Assembly (NCBI GenBank): GCA_030704615.1
Contig: CM060731.1
Coordinates: 91,512,001 to 91,576,000, forward strand
DNA from: Takakia lepidozioides
Lineage: Eukaryota; Plantae; Bryophyta
Direction: 5' to 3'
DNA length: 64,000 nt
The translations under genes and the position numbers were made by a program. Of this stretch, positions 1 through 12,087 are shown one piece after another (the stretch's first letter is position 1; each line of letters begins with the position of its first letter). Below the pieces are notes generated by a model. The model was not told where the DNA came from and made no database searches. It saw only the letters and a list, made by a program, of their open reading frames with translations.

Positions 1-148
1 ATGTGAAGCACAGCTGCCCTTGTATGCGAAGCCTGGTTACGAGGTTTGTCTCGGAAATGCGGCACCGCATTCGCATTTTATGTTTTCGGTGGCACTCTGC
101 GAGTAGGTTGGTCTCAACTTTTGCTCACGCATGCTGACTGCCTGCAGG

Positions 149-2450
149 TATATGAAATACGTGCTCCTTCAGACAGGGGCCCTGCTCAAGAGCCCCCGTT
201 CTCATGGCTTGGACCGTGGCGGGCCCAGCTGTGTCTACACACCCGAGATGCAGAAACAATGGCATCCCGCGATCTTGTTGGATGCCCGTGGTACCTGGAC
301 ATGTCTGGCGGTATTGTTGACGAGTCTGAGAAAGATCTGCACGCCTTGGCAGAAGAGAAGAGAAAGGAAAGACGTGTCCCTGCTGGGCCAAAGTCGGCAA
401 AGAAATCTGCTGCTCTGGAAGAATCCAGAAAGGCAGCTGAGATGGCACAAAAGACGGTGGATGCAGCTGTGCAGGCCCAACAGAAGGGGTCGAAGAAGAG
501 GACTCGCCAGCAAGGAGCAGCAGCTGTTGTGACACCCGCCAAAACAAAGAAGCAGAACAGCCTGTTCAGGAAGAGGGTGAGGAAGAGGACTCCGATGGAG
601 ACTTGCAACCAGCCCACCCCCCCAAACGCAGGCTGCCTCCCCTGTGCCCACCGTTGTACGAGAGGCACGAGAACTGGCTCGGCAAAGAAGACACTCTTCA
701 ACCCCCCAGGGGGGCACCCTTTCGAGCCGGTGGAAATGAAAGAGGCCAAAAGTGGCTCCCGAAACAGTAGTCCAGTGTGTAAATGAGAGTTTCTTGGCGG
801 CTTTGATGGACGGGCAGCCAAGTTGGCATACATGAAGACCATGGAGGGTCTGAAGGGCAGAGCACTGAAGAAGGCGACTGCCGAAGAGCCTTCCGACACC
901 CCAAGATTTCAGAATATTGGTCTCCTTCTTTGAGAGGGTGTGTGCAGACAAAGGATTGTAGGAGGGGCGGAAATGCCACCGAGTGGTCTTGCGATATGAT
1001 CTCTTGGATATTCCGGACGGAGAGCCTGTGGAAGGACTGCAAGCTTTGCCATCTTGGAACAGGTACTCGGAGGACTTTTGGAAGAAAGGATTCGGGCTTG
1101 CCCGCATGGTGTTGGACGACAGAGGCTGTGTGGTTGTCTTGGCGAGCAGAGGAAAAAAACACTCAGACAAGAATTGCGAAGTGGACCCGCAAGAGCGCCG
1201 TCCCGATTCTGAAAAAGAAGTGGACGTGCATCAACACACTGGGCCTTCGGTCGGAAGGGAAGAAGGTGATTACGACACTGGCACTCGTCCATTCATTTGC
1301 TTGGGTGTTTTCAAATGCGGTGCCGCATTCGGTTTCTAATCGTTCCCCCCTGTGTATGCAGACGAAGCAGTTCGATGCATACTGCTTTGTGAAGGAGAAC
1401 TCCACCTTTGCTTTCCGGAAGGAGGGAGGAAATGTTGACCCGAACTGCGACCCCCTCGATTACGATGTTTTGTTCAACAACGTTCCCAAGGAACTTCTCC
1501 CTCATAGCCTCACTTCAACGGAACCCCTGCGGTACTCACGGACTCGGAGCCCTGCCTTCATTCAGACAATTATGGAGACATGCACAGACGTGGAGGGCAC
1601 AGTTGTTCTGCAAATTCTCGTTAGGATGTAGTTCGCAACATCTGAAGCGCCAAGTGGTAATGTGTGGATGGCATTGTAACAGGTGCCTCAATGTGGGCTG
1701 GGCGGTTTTCCGACCGGCACCTCTTTGCCTACGAGGAGGATTCATCCGTGGGGGATCCCATCTGGAAGGGCTGCAGCGGAATGTTAAGGCTCCCAACAGA
1801 GCGGAAGTCTCCTCGGATTCGTCGGAGTCCGAGGAAGACACAATGGACATTGATGCGGAGGAGAACCCGGAATACGAGTGAGTGCAAACATTGTAAGTTT
1901 GCAAAGCCTTCTGGGTCATTTTTGTCAAACGAATTTCCCGACTGTGGTTCTCATTAGTCTCGTTGATGATTGTCATGTGCAGGATTGCAGGGTCCGGGTC
2001 GAAACATGTAGGGCCTACACTTCCTGCCAGGAAGAATGTCCCGTTCTTTGCGAGGGCCGACTTCATGACGAGCCCGGTGAGGGACTACTCCCTTCCTAGT
2101 TATGCAGCTAAACTCGCAAATACAGCGATTAGAAGAAGTGAGAATCCAGTAAAGTAGAGCAGATTTTGGAGAGGGCTAGGGAGGACAGAAGGATAATGAA
2201 AGAGTTGGCAGCAGCTCAGACAGGTAGACGGGTACGAAAGTACATATGTGATTCAGCGGATGAGAGCGACGCAGACAGGGAGGAAGACGACCCAACGGAG
2301 GTGAGATGGACAGTTCCGCAAGGGGAAGATGAGATTTTTGAAGCCTGGCCAACGAGCAGTCCGCTGGAGATGAGAAAGGCACTGAGGGGGTGGAGGCGGA
2401 GCAGGACAGTCTAGAACAGGATGAGGATTCGGATGATTTTCAAGATTAAT
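149..2450 (+). pseudogene. Spliced beta-class DNA amino-(N4C/N6A) methyltransferase-like gene, copy A (frameshifted, motif I partly deleted)
   Basis: Approximate exons 149-1265, 1362-1602, 1684-1877, 1983-2450. Peptides D-M-I-x-LDIPDG...WNRYSEDFWKKGFGLARMVLDDRGCVVV, RSPAFIQTIMETCTDVEG and GASMWAGRFSDRHLFAYEED follow the N6_N4_Mtase motif order; acidic C-terminal tail. Confidence 0.6.
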
Positions 2451-2585
2451 AGAATTTTAATGAAGTCTCTGTAAATGTAAATTCTCTTCCAGAGTATATA
2501 AAGGAAATTCTGCCCGACATTCGTGACCCCCTCCAGTGTGCATTCCAGCCACACAATCGCCCAAACCACGACGCTCCCAAATCAG

Positions 2586-3385
2586 AAATGGGGCACCGCA
2601 TTTCCAAAATTTTGGCAACTCTAAGAACCTCTTTTGGAAATGCGGGCACCGCATTTCCAAAACAGGGGAGGGGACTAAATTTTCCATTTCAATGTTGGCA
2701 TAGTAAAAAGTAATCGGCCGATTAGAAATGCGGTGCCGCATTTCCAAAATTTCCTTTGTCCACACGCCAGTTTGGCCTCCCCGCTCATTGCATGGATGCC
2801 ACCACGCTTACAGAGGTCGAACAAGGAGGTCGAACAAGGAGGTCGAGATGGCGGAATGGAAATGCGGTGCCGCATTTCCATATTGGGGATGGTCGTTGGT
2901 TCGAACTGCAGGCCCATCAGCAAAAATTGGCACCGCATTCCATTGTAAAAAAAAAGTCGATGACGGACATGGAAATGCGGCGCCGCATTTCCAGAACGGA
3001 CATCGCAATTTGTCCATTTGCAGACCCTCTCACGGAAATGCGGTAACGCATTCCATCGCGCTGGTCGGAAATGTCACACTTTTCGAAGTGTTGGACGGAA
3101 ATGCGGCACCGCATTCCCTTGTCCAAAAAGAAGTTTCCATTGCCAAGCTGGAAATGCGTCGCCGCATTTGCAATGCCAACCTCGTTGTCTGTCCAATTTA
3201 TAGACCCGTGTTGGTATTTCGTGTACCTGGACGGAAATGATGCACAGCATTTCATTGTCCGACACTGAAATGCGGTTCATACATTTCCATGTCGGCATGG
3301 AAATTCGGCACCGCATTTCCTTGTCCCACATGGAAATGCGGTGCCGCATTTCGATGCCGACATGGAAATGCGGTGCCGCATTTCA
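2586..3385. repeat. Array 1 of the 22-bp palindrome GGAAATGCGG-NN-CCGCATTTCC (about 14 copies)
   Basis: Copies include starts at 2858, 2971, 3034, 3097, 3150, 3233, 3266, 3299, 3332 and 3364. Confidence 0.95.
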
Positions 3386-3641
3386 ATGTCCGACATGGCG
3401 TTACTCTGGTATATTCTTGACACATGACTCTCATACCGGTTACTCTGCTATATTCATCCGGACAGACACATTGTAGAAATGAGACATCAAATTGTAAACA
3501 GTGGGCCAATTCCGACAGTTATTCAACAGAATGAAACACAATCATACAGAAGTGAGGTACGATGGGTTTATTGATCGGACACGATGTCTCACATTTACCA
3601 ACTGCAGACAAAACTAAGCCCTTCCTCCTTCTACATGGGCT

Positions 3642-3796
3642 TCACCAAGTCGACGGAACTTCGATACCCCTCAAAACAAGCTCATCACTGCTGCGGCACC
3701 TCGGGTAAACTGCAATTCGGTCGTTCTGCTGCCCTTGCTGGAGCCGACGACAATGTCATGTCCATCAATGATACCACCATCATACATTGACAAGGT
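3642..3796 (-). pseudogene. 3' fragment of the unknown cargo gene X1
   Basis: Nucleotide homology to 9961-10116 (MYDGGIIDGHDIVV...ELV...IEV.STW stop). Confidence 0.8.
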
Positions 3797-4096
3797 GGCA
3801 AACGCCGGCGATGGTCACAAGTTACAACGGGAAACGAGATCCTGAAATGAGGGTTTAAAATAGTTGAGGGCCGAAGCGGAGGTCCTGTAGTGATTGGATC
3901 CAGACGAGGCGGGTCTGGTTGCACCGACATCGCCCACCGTCGTCCTCTTCCTCCGATTCCAAGAGAACTTGCTTGGATCGCGCATGATTGAATTGGTAAT
4001 TGGCAGTTGATAGATTGTGCTGGTCTGCTTCAAAGTGGTGGGTTGTTGTTTCCTTGCGGTTTGCGAACTCGGATTGTGAGGATTGAAGGTCTAGCG

Positions 4097-6917
4097 ATGG
4101 CGGGATATGATGATGGGGATTGGGAGCTAGCCATGCCCACCACCTTGGTTCTGGTCGGGCGCACCGGGAATGGAAAGAGTGCCACAGGAAATTCTATAAT
4201 GGGATCACGAAGCTTCAAGTCGCGATCCAGCTCATGCGCCGTCACGAGTACGTGCGAGCTTCAATCCACCACCCGCCCGGATGGCCGATGCCTTCGGGTC
4301 ATCGATACACCTGGTACTCGTTCTTTCCTGGGTTTGTGTTCTGATTTTATGCGTGCCAGGGTTTCAAAGTCTTATATTTCCTCGGAAGGATGCTATGGGA
4401 GTGGACTTGATCAGCAGGTGCAGCATCCTTGTATGCGTTTTGTTTTGCTTTTACTCGGGATGGTCACCTCTTCCTCTCCTACTCAGTTTGAAAAGTTTCT
4501 CATTTCTACGAATGTAGTTGAAACCTCTTAGGACTCTCTTTATACACTTTCTCTGCCCAGTTGGATCCAGAGAGTTTATTTTCTGAATTATGACCCACTT
4601 GACGTTTTGAAAGTTTTGGACAAATGTATCTCTTTGACTATCTCAGTTTCAGGATTTCTTGTCCCTGCCTGTGATTGTCCTTTTAGTCTGCGTGCCCCTC
4701 CAATACATTAGCCTCAAATCAGGTGATATTTCTTCTCTTCCTTTTGGTTTTGTTCGCCTATGAGATTCAGGGTTGAAGACGTGTTGCCAAGAATGTATCC
4801 TATCATGTAGAGGTTAATTGTAAGCTATCCAGGGTAGTAAACATGTAACTCATTCCAGGGGTTGGGAGGCAAAATTGTGGCTTTCTCAGCAAGTTGACTC
4901 ACATGAGGATGAATTCATTTTGCAACTGGGGGAAGAACTTCCCTCCTTGGGGCCAATAAGGGAGAGTCACACCCCTTGATCTATAAATACAACCGGTGGT
5001 GTTTAGACCCTATCCCAGTCTTGTTGTTCCTGCTATAATAGCCATAAAGCTGCTTCTTTCTCTCTTCTCACAGGCGATACAAGGGCAGCAGCATGTGTGG
5101 AGGGGTGAACAACCTCCAGGGATCTCAAAACTAGCCCAAGGTAATCGGCATTGGGTTACATCCAGCATCTTAACATGGAGTTTATTCAAATGTCTGCAGG
5201 GTTGTTTGATCCGTCAATGCCACCCGAGTTTATAGGCAAAGAGATCATGAAATGCTTGGAGCTTGCCAAGGATGGTGTCCATGCACTGTTGTTAGTTCTG
5301 TCTGTGAGAAATCGATTCACTGCAGAAGAAGTTGCTGCAGTCGAAGGCTTGCAGACCATCTTTGGGGAGAAAGTGGTCAACTACATGATTGTTGTTTTCA
5401 CAGGTGGTGATGAATTGGACGACAGTGATGAGACCCTTGAGGAGTACCTTGGGGGGGCTCCTAAATTTCTCCTGGTCAGATAACCTGTCTCTGTCACCTC
5501 TCTGCTCCCGTACAATTGATATGGGGTCCGTGGCCACAGGCTGAAAGAAGCACAGCCTAATGAGGACACGTCTGTCTCTTGTTGTTCTGCTTGTGCTTGG
5601 TCTTCCAAGTTAATAGGTTCTTTCGTTTTGTCCTTCTTTCTCTTACAGATACAGTAACTGTCCTTGGGTGAAGTTAGTGGAAATGTTTTCTGCTTGCAAC
5701 GTTGTTTAAATGTAAAAACAACACTCATGTTGATCTAGTCTATACGTTGTTCATTGTATGCCCTGGATATTTTACCACCATACACGCATTTTGAAACTTT
5801 TCTTTGTCGTTCTACTTACGAATAGGGGTGTACCCATTGGGGGGACACAGGATTTTCTTCACCGCTGTGGTGATAGGAAGGTTCTATTTGATAACAAAAC
5901 GAGAGATGCAGTGAAGAAGGAGCAACAAATGGAAAGCTTACTTCATGCGATTGATGACATGCTCTTCCTTAATGGTGGCAGTCCTTATGCAAATGAGCTG
6001 TTCAAAGAAGCTCAGGTCTCTTCCTTCTTCCTTTCTCCTTTTAATCTAACCCGGAATGGATGTATTATGCTACTTTCTGCTGTCTCCATGTGTTTGTATC
6101 TTCTGCAGACCATTTTGCATTGCTACATCTCTGAGCAATAGACAAGATCATTAACATGTGTCTTTTTTCTTCGTGTTGTTTCGCTCCCACCACACATATA
6201 CACATATACATGTACACCTTCTCTTTGGGTCAAAATTTTAGGAGCTTGCAATTGCATCGGAGCAAGAAAGGAGGGTTGAGACGGGAGAGCGAAGTAAAGC
6301 ATTCCAAGAGATGAAGGCAGAGTTGGAGCAGTCGTATGCCGAGCAGCTGAAACAACTGACGACCATGGTAGCATCTCAGCCCTGTAGTAAATTGTCATTT
6401 TGAAGTTTTCGAGATAGTGGTGGGTTGATGTTTCATGCTCTCTGTGGTGTGACATCCACATAGTGCTGGTGGTGGCTGCAGTAAATAACACGAACTCATG
6501 TGTAGCTCGGGCTGAGTTTACATGTGCCTTATAAGAGTCTTCATGCATCCGTCACTTCTTACTGGACTGTTGAATTTGGATACTGCTGTGGGCACTTATC
6601 TGTCACTGCTGTAACTTGTCTTTGCAGAGGGTGAATGTTGTAATGTTCCTGGATGAACATTAATTGAGAACAATGTGTATTGCCATCTGTAGGTGGAGGA
6701 AAAGTTGAGGCTTAATGCCGAAAGGCTAGAGGAGCGGTTGGCCTCAGAGCAGAGAGCCCGTGAGGCTGCTGAGCAGCGTGCTCGAGAGGCCAAAAAGCAA
6801 GCAGATGCAGATATTCAGACTCTGCGTGATGAACTGGAGAAAGCAAATCACGAGAGAGAAGAATTTAGGAAAAAATTTGACACAGAGCTCAACAAAAGTC
6901 AATGCACCATTTTGTAA
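4097..6917 (+). CDS. AIG1/IAN (GIMAP-like) GTPase, 335 aa; exons 4097-4313, 5200-5474, 5851-6015, 6242-6367, 6693-6917
   Basis: G1 GRTGNGKS, G3 DTPGLFD, FTGGD, C-terminal coiled coil and CaaX box CTIL. All introns are GT-AG and the exons join in frame to 1008 nt. Confidence 0.93.
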
Positions 6918-7737
6918 TTTCAGAAAATGTATTGATTGACCTGCACATGGAAGAAGCCTAAAAGAACATTTGATCTTCCTCTCTATTGCTCCATTCATTC
7001 AGTCATTCGTCCATGTTTCTTGCGGATCAGAACCTTGCAGGTAATCCTGGCCTTGTTCACTGCTGCCATTCCCTTGTTCCAGGGATTGAGTATGTAATTG
7101 GGTGGTTCTGTTAGACACTTTCCATGTGTGGATCAGCTGCAATTGAGTCTTGGTCTTGGCTCAATCAGCTGCACTCAAGAGGAATCATCTTCGTAGTTAT
7201 GAGATGCCTAGGAGTTATGCTTTGTTCTGTTTGAGCTGATCCTTGAGAAAGCAGTATCCATTGAGGGGCTTCAAATGGTATATTTTCTCATTGTCTCTCT
7301 CAGAAGCTAGGAGCTTCAAACAGGATAGTTCAATGATCGCCCATGTTTGAGATTCCACCTTGCAGAAACCAGCGTATAGTTGGAAAACTGAAAAAATCCA
7401 TTAATTGAAGGGGCCACAATCAGCTCTAACCTATTCTGCATTCTTGTCTACTCCGGTTCCCCCCGTCCTGTGTTCAACTACTAACAGGTCTCTTCCTAAG
7501 AGACATCCATCCCTTGGATATACAGACAGTCGAGATTTTTGTTGCTGTATTCAAGCAATACAGCTTGCAGCTTGTATTCAGGTGACCAACAATATGTGAA
7601 AGAAGGAGAAAGGGGTAGATGTGGGGCATATAACTCTCCACTAGTCTATACCAGTCAAAACAGTGAATATATAATGAACTTCCAAGATTCCCAGTGATTG
7701 AAAGAGAAGGAGAAATGTGATTAACAGTACCAAGATT

Positions 7738-9270
7738 CTACCAATCTTGAAAATCATCACTATCGTCATCCTGTCCTTGACTGTCCTGCTCCCCTTCCAC
7801 CCTGTCATTGCCTTTCTCATGTCCAGCGGACTGCTCGTTGGCCAGGCTTCCGAAAATCCCATCTTCCCCTTGCGGAACTGACCATCTCACCTCCGTTGGG
7901 TCGTCGTCCTCCCTGTCTGCATCGCTCTCTTCCGCTGAATCACATATATACTTTCGCACCCGTTTACCTGTCTCAGCTGCTGCCAACTCTTTCCTTATCC
8001 TTCTGTCTTCCCTAGCCCTCTCCAAAATCAGCTCTATTTTACTGGGATTCTCACATCGTCTAATCGCTATATTTGCAAGTTTAGCTGCATAACTAGGAAG
8101 GGAGTAGTCCTTCACCGGGCTCTTCATGAAGTCGGTCCTCGCAAAGAACGGGACATTCTTCCTGGCAAGAAATGCAGGCCCTACAGGTTTCGACCCGGAT
8201 CCTGGAATCCTGCACATAGCAATCACCCACGAGACCAATGAGAACCACAGTCCGGAAATGCGTGTGACAAAAAATCACCCAGAAGGCTTTGCAAACTTAC
8301 AATGTTTGCACTCACTCGTATTCCGGGTTCTCCTCGGCATCATTGTCCATTGTCTCTTCCTCCGAGTCCGACGAATCATCCAAGGTATCTTTGGCTTCGA
8401 TGGGAGCCTTCACATTCCGTTGAAGCCCTTCCAGATGGGATCCCTAGACGGATGTGTCCTCCTCGTAGGCAAACAGGTGCCGGTCGGAAAATCGCCCAGC
8501 CCACATTGAGGCACCTATTACAATGCCATCCACTCATTAAAAATTGGCCCTTCACACATGGCGAATTTGAACAAAATGAGAATTCATAGAACAACATAGT
8601 ACAAGAATCCGCATACATGTTCCACAGATGAGGTCCAGCACTCTGCCTTCCAGGTCAGTGCATGCCTCCATAATTGTCTGGATGAAGACAGGGCTCCGAG
8701 TCTGTGAATACCGCAGGGGATCCGTTGAAGTGAGGCTATGGGGGAGGAGTTCCGTGGGAACGTTGTTGAACATGACGTCGTAATCGATGGGGTCGCAGTT
8801 CGGGTCAACCAGCAATCCCTCCTTCCGGAAAGCAAGGATTGAGTTCTCCTTCACAAAGCAGTATGCATCGAACTGCTTTGTCTGCATACACAGTGGGGAA
8901 CGATTAGAAATCGAATACGACACCGCATTTCAAAACATGTTACAAAATGAAAGGACGATTGCGAATGTTACCTTCATCCCTTCCGACCGAAGGCCCAATG
9001 TGTTGATGTATGTCCACTTCTTCTTAAGAATTGGGACGGCGCTCTTGCGGGTCCACTTCGCAATTCCTGTCTCCGTGTTTTTGCCTCTGCTCGCCAGGAC
9101 AACCACACAGCCTCTGTCGTCCAACACCATGTGGGCGAGCCCGGATCCTTTCTTCCAAAAGTCCTCGAAGTACCTATTCCAAGATGGCAAAGCTTGCAGT
9201 CCTTCCACAGGCTCTCCATCTGGAATATCCAAGATGATCATATCGCAAGACCACTCGGTGGCTTTTCCGC
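7738..9270 (-). pseudogene. Beta-class DNA amino-methyltransferase-like gene, copy B (3' half)
   Basis: DMIILDIPDG (motif IV-like, about 9216-9244), LAHMVLDDRGCVVV, RSPVFIQTIMEACTDLEGRVLDLICGT (motif I, about 8620-8700), next exon ASMWAGRFSDRHLFAYEED; in-frame stops present. Confidence 0.65.
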
Positions 9271-9283
9271 CGATGACGGACAT

Positions 9284-9685
9284 GGAAATGCAATGCCGCA
9301 TTTCCAGAACGGACATCCTTGTTTGTCCAATTCCAGACCTTTTCACGGAAATGCGGCAAGGCATTCCATCGTGTTGGACGGAAATGCGGTGCCGCATTCC
9401 ATTGTCCAATACGAAATTTTGATGACAGACATGGAAAGGCGGTGCCACATTTCCAGAACGGACATGGACATGCAATGGCGATTGGACATGCATTGGTGAT
9501 TGGACATGCTTGGACAATTCAAGGTCCAATATGGAAATGCGGTGCCCCATTAGGAATTTGAAGTATGGAAATGCCATGTCAAGAAATGAAATGCGGTACC
9601 GCATTTCTGTTACGACCACAATGGAGGAAAGGGAGCTGCCAGAAATCGCTGCATGGAGAAAAATGAAATGCGGTGCCGCATTTCC
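9284..9685. repeat. Array 2 of the 22-bp palindrome
   Basis: Copies at about 9284, 9347, 9380, 9433, 9533, 9587 and 9664; homologous to 2958-3390. Confidence 0.9.
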
Positions 9686-9960
9686 GAGCTTGGGCATATA
9701 GATGTTTCCTTTTACTCATACATGGATTTCCTTCACCTCAGGACTCTGATATCGCTGACTCTGGTATATTCATGTGGACAGACACATTATAAAAATGAGA
9801 CCACAAATTGTAAACAATGGGCCAATTACAGTAGTTCTTGAACACAATGAAACACTGCACATAGAAGTGAGGGACGATGGGTTGTTTTATTGATCGAACA
9901 CGGTGTCTCACATTTAGCAACTCCAAACAAATCTAAGCCCTTCTGCCTTCTACATGGGCG

Positions 9961-10539
9961 TCACCAAGTCGACGAAACTTCGATAGCCCTAAAAACAAGC
10001 TCATTACTGACGCGGCACCTCCAGGTAAACTGCAATGCGGTCGTTCTCGTGCCCTTGGTGGAGCTGACGACAATGTCATGCCCATCAATGATACCATCAT
10101 CATACATTGACAAGGTAATTGTGGGCCTCATGTGCCCGTGCGATTTGTCTTCGCAACTCAGCCGAATGTCTCCATACACTGGAAGAGCGGAGTGAACTCC
10201 ACGAATATAGTTTTCCCCGATGCCGTCCTCCCTGGTCCACTGGCAGTAGTTCCAGCGCCAAAGCGAGGCCGTGCGTGATCTATCCGGCATCCCATTCCAG
10301 CTTGGTATATCGAGGTCAACAATTTTCAGGACCCACGGACCGCATTGACCTTCGCCCTCACCTCGCTCAAAGCGGTAACAGCCCTCCAAATACTCCATTG
10401 CGCGCAAAGACTCCCGCTTGATTCGAGAAGCGTCTGTAAAAACAGAGAGCCAGACAATGATGTCTCCTGATTCTGGTTTGAACATAGCATAATCGTGGCC
10501 ATGATAGGGGCAGTCAGCAAGATTGCGGCGGCACGGCAT
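9961..10539 (-). CDS. Unknown protein X1 (192 aa), TE cargo
   Basis: Open intronless ORF that aligns end to end with X2 (DCPY, SGDI.IW, Y.FERG, PW.L.I.D.D.PS, RWN.CQWT, YGDIR, GHDIVV, QFTWR, ELVFRA.EV). Confidence 0.7.
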   Translation of the reverse strand: MPCRRNLADCPYHGHDYAMFKPESGDIIVWLSVFTDASRIKRESLRAMEYLEGCYRFERGEGEGQCGPWVLKIVDLDIPSWNGMPDRSRTASLWRWNYCQWTREDGIGENYIRGVHSALPVYGDIRLSCEDKSHGHMRPTITLSMYDDGIIDGHDIVVSSTKGTRTTALQFTWRCRVSNELVFRAIEVSSTW

Positions 10540-11113
10540 CCTTGCAAAAGATTACTGGAGTACGCTCAATGACAGCAGCTCCCGGATGGAGGAGGCAGCA
10601 GCGCGGTGGCTGGAAGAAGTTCAAGGACATGACAATGTGTTTGCAAACGCTGCAATTCTTCACTAACACTCCAGGGCACATTTAAATATCCCCCCTACAG
10701 GAACCTGCACGGATGAAGATTGGCTGCTCCATGAATGTAGTCGTTTCAGTTTCCTTCCGTGCCATGCAAACTATGGGCAGTAAGTGCCAGGTGGGCCTAT
10801 AGCCACTCAAGACGACGAAGTCCATCCCCCCTTCGATGTAAATGCGGCGCCAAATTTCTATCCGGGGGATAGAGTTCAGTGGCAGATTTCAAACTATTCC
10901 CTGTGGATGAGAAAGAGGTATCGGTTCATCCGCCGCTGGCGTGATGAACACGTTACACGATGATTGGTGGGTACGTGGGACCCAGATGCTCCATTATTGG
11001 AGCCCACACTGCTCTTCCGCTTCTCATCATTTCGAAAATCAGAGGGCTTCGTTGCTGTCCGCAAGGTCATTGTCATCGGCATCAAAAACATCCTCAGGAC
11101 CTCCTTTGCAAGG

Positions 11114-11677
11114 ATGTCGTGCTTCCGGAACCGGGACGACTGCCCTTATGGAGGCTTCGATTTTGCAATGTATTCGGCCACATCGGGAGACATCGTTATC
11201 TGGCACACAGTTTACACAGAAGATAGTGGGGCGAATGTGGAAACATTGTCCGCTTTTGAGAATATCCCAGGCCACTACGCCTTCGAGCGGGGTGACGATC
11301 TTGGTCTGAGGAGTCCGTGGCTCCTGCGCATCCTTGATTCCGATTTTCCTAGCTACGACGGGCACCCATGCAGAAGAATGCGCACTGCTATGCTGTTGCG
11401 GTGGAACTGCTGCCAGTGGACGTGGGTGGACTCCATCGGAGAGACGTATACTCCTGAAGGAGTGCGCTCCTCTTCTCCATTGTATGGGGACATTCGCATT
11501 GGTGTGGACGACGAAAACGTGAAGCTTTCCATATTCGATGGTGGTATGATTGAAGGGCACGACATTGTGGTGAACATCATCAAGGGCGGTATAACGGCTG
11601 CAATCCAATTTACCTGGAGGAGCCCGATGACTCATGAGCTAGTTTTCAGAGCAGTCGAAGTCCCATTGACAACGTGA
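11114..11677 (+). CDS. Unknown protein X2 (187 aa from the ATG at 11114), paralog of X1
   Basis: Open ORF; shares the start context TTTGCAAGGATG and conserved peptide blocks with X1. Confidence 0.7.
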   Translation: MSCFRNRDDCPYGGFDFAMYSATSGDIVIWHTVYTEDSGANVETLSAFENIPGHYAFERGDDLGLRSPWLLRILDSDFPSYDGHPCRRMRTAMLLRWNCCQWTWVDSIGETYTPEGVRSSSPLYGDIRIGVDDENVKLSIFDGGMIEGHDIVVNIIKGGITAAIQFTWRSPMTHELVFRAVEVPLTT

Positions 11678-12087
11678 CTTGTATTCAGAAGGCATAGGGC
11701 TAAAGATTTGTTTGCACCACCAGCACAATAGACGTGCTTCAAATGCAATTCATGTGGATCAATAAAAACCCCATTGTGCCTTCTTTTGTTCTATTCTGTA
11801 TCCATCGTTCCCAGAATGCATCATTCCTCATTTCGTTTGGGATTGGGAGTGTGGGTGGATTTTGCAAGTGGCTGGGAGGCTGAAATGGGCCCCCATTGTA
11901 CAGAGCAGTATCACCCTACCATTTGCGAAACATTGCCTTTCAATATGTAATTCTAAAAAACATTGCCGAACTTCCTTCATCGGGAGGTCCTTCTCCCCCT
12001 ATGACCGCGACACCCTAAACCCTATTCCCGCGGACACTCATTTCTGGAAAATAGTCCTGCTCATGTTTTTTTCCACACTTATGACTT

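Larger units (their letters stand above)
1..3796 (+). mobile_element. Palindrome-array Mutator-like element, copy A (begins before the window, truncated on the right)
   Basis: Contains the MTase-like gene, the GGAAATGCGG-NN-CCGCATTTCC array, and a segment at 3400-3796 that aligns in direct orientation with 9760-10116 of copy B. Confidence 0.6.

Noticed and set aside
149-2450. Bacterial contamination as the source of the MTase-like sequence
   Set aside because: The gene has GT-AG introns, occurs in several diverged copies and is interleaved with plant genes and TEs.
2446-3509. Many short ORFs with KCGAAF/EMRCRIS peptides (also 9300-9700 and 58243-58692)
   Set aside because: Translation artefacts of the palindrome, which reads open on both strands.
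8930-9697. 255-aa ORF as a complete protein
   Set aside because: It is a chimera of palindrome-array sequence and an MTase exon across an inversion junction near 9271.
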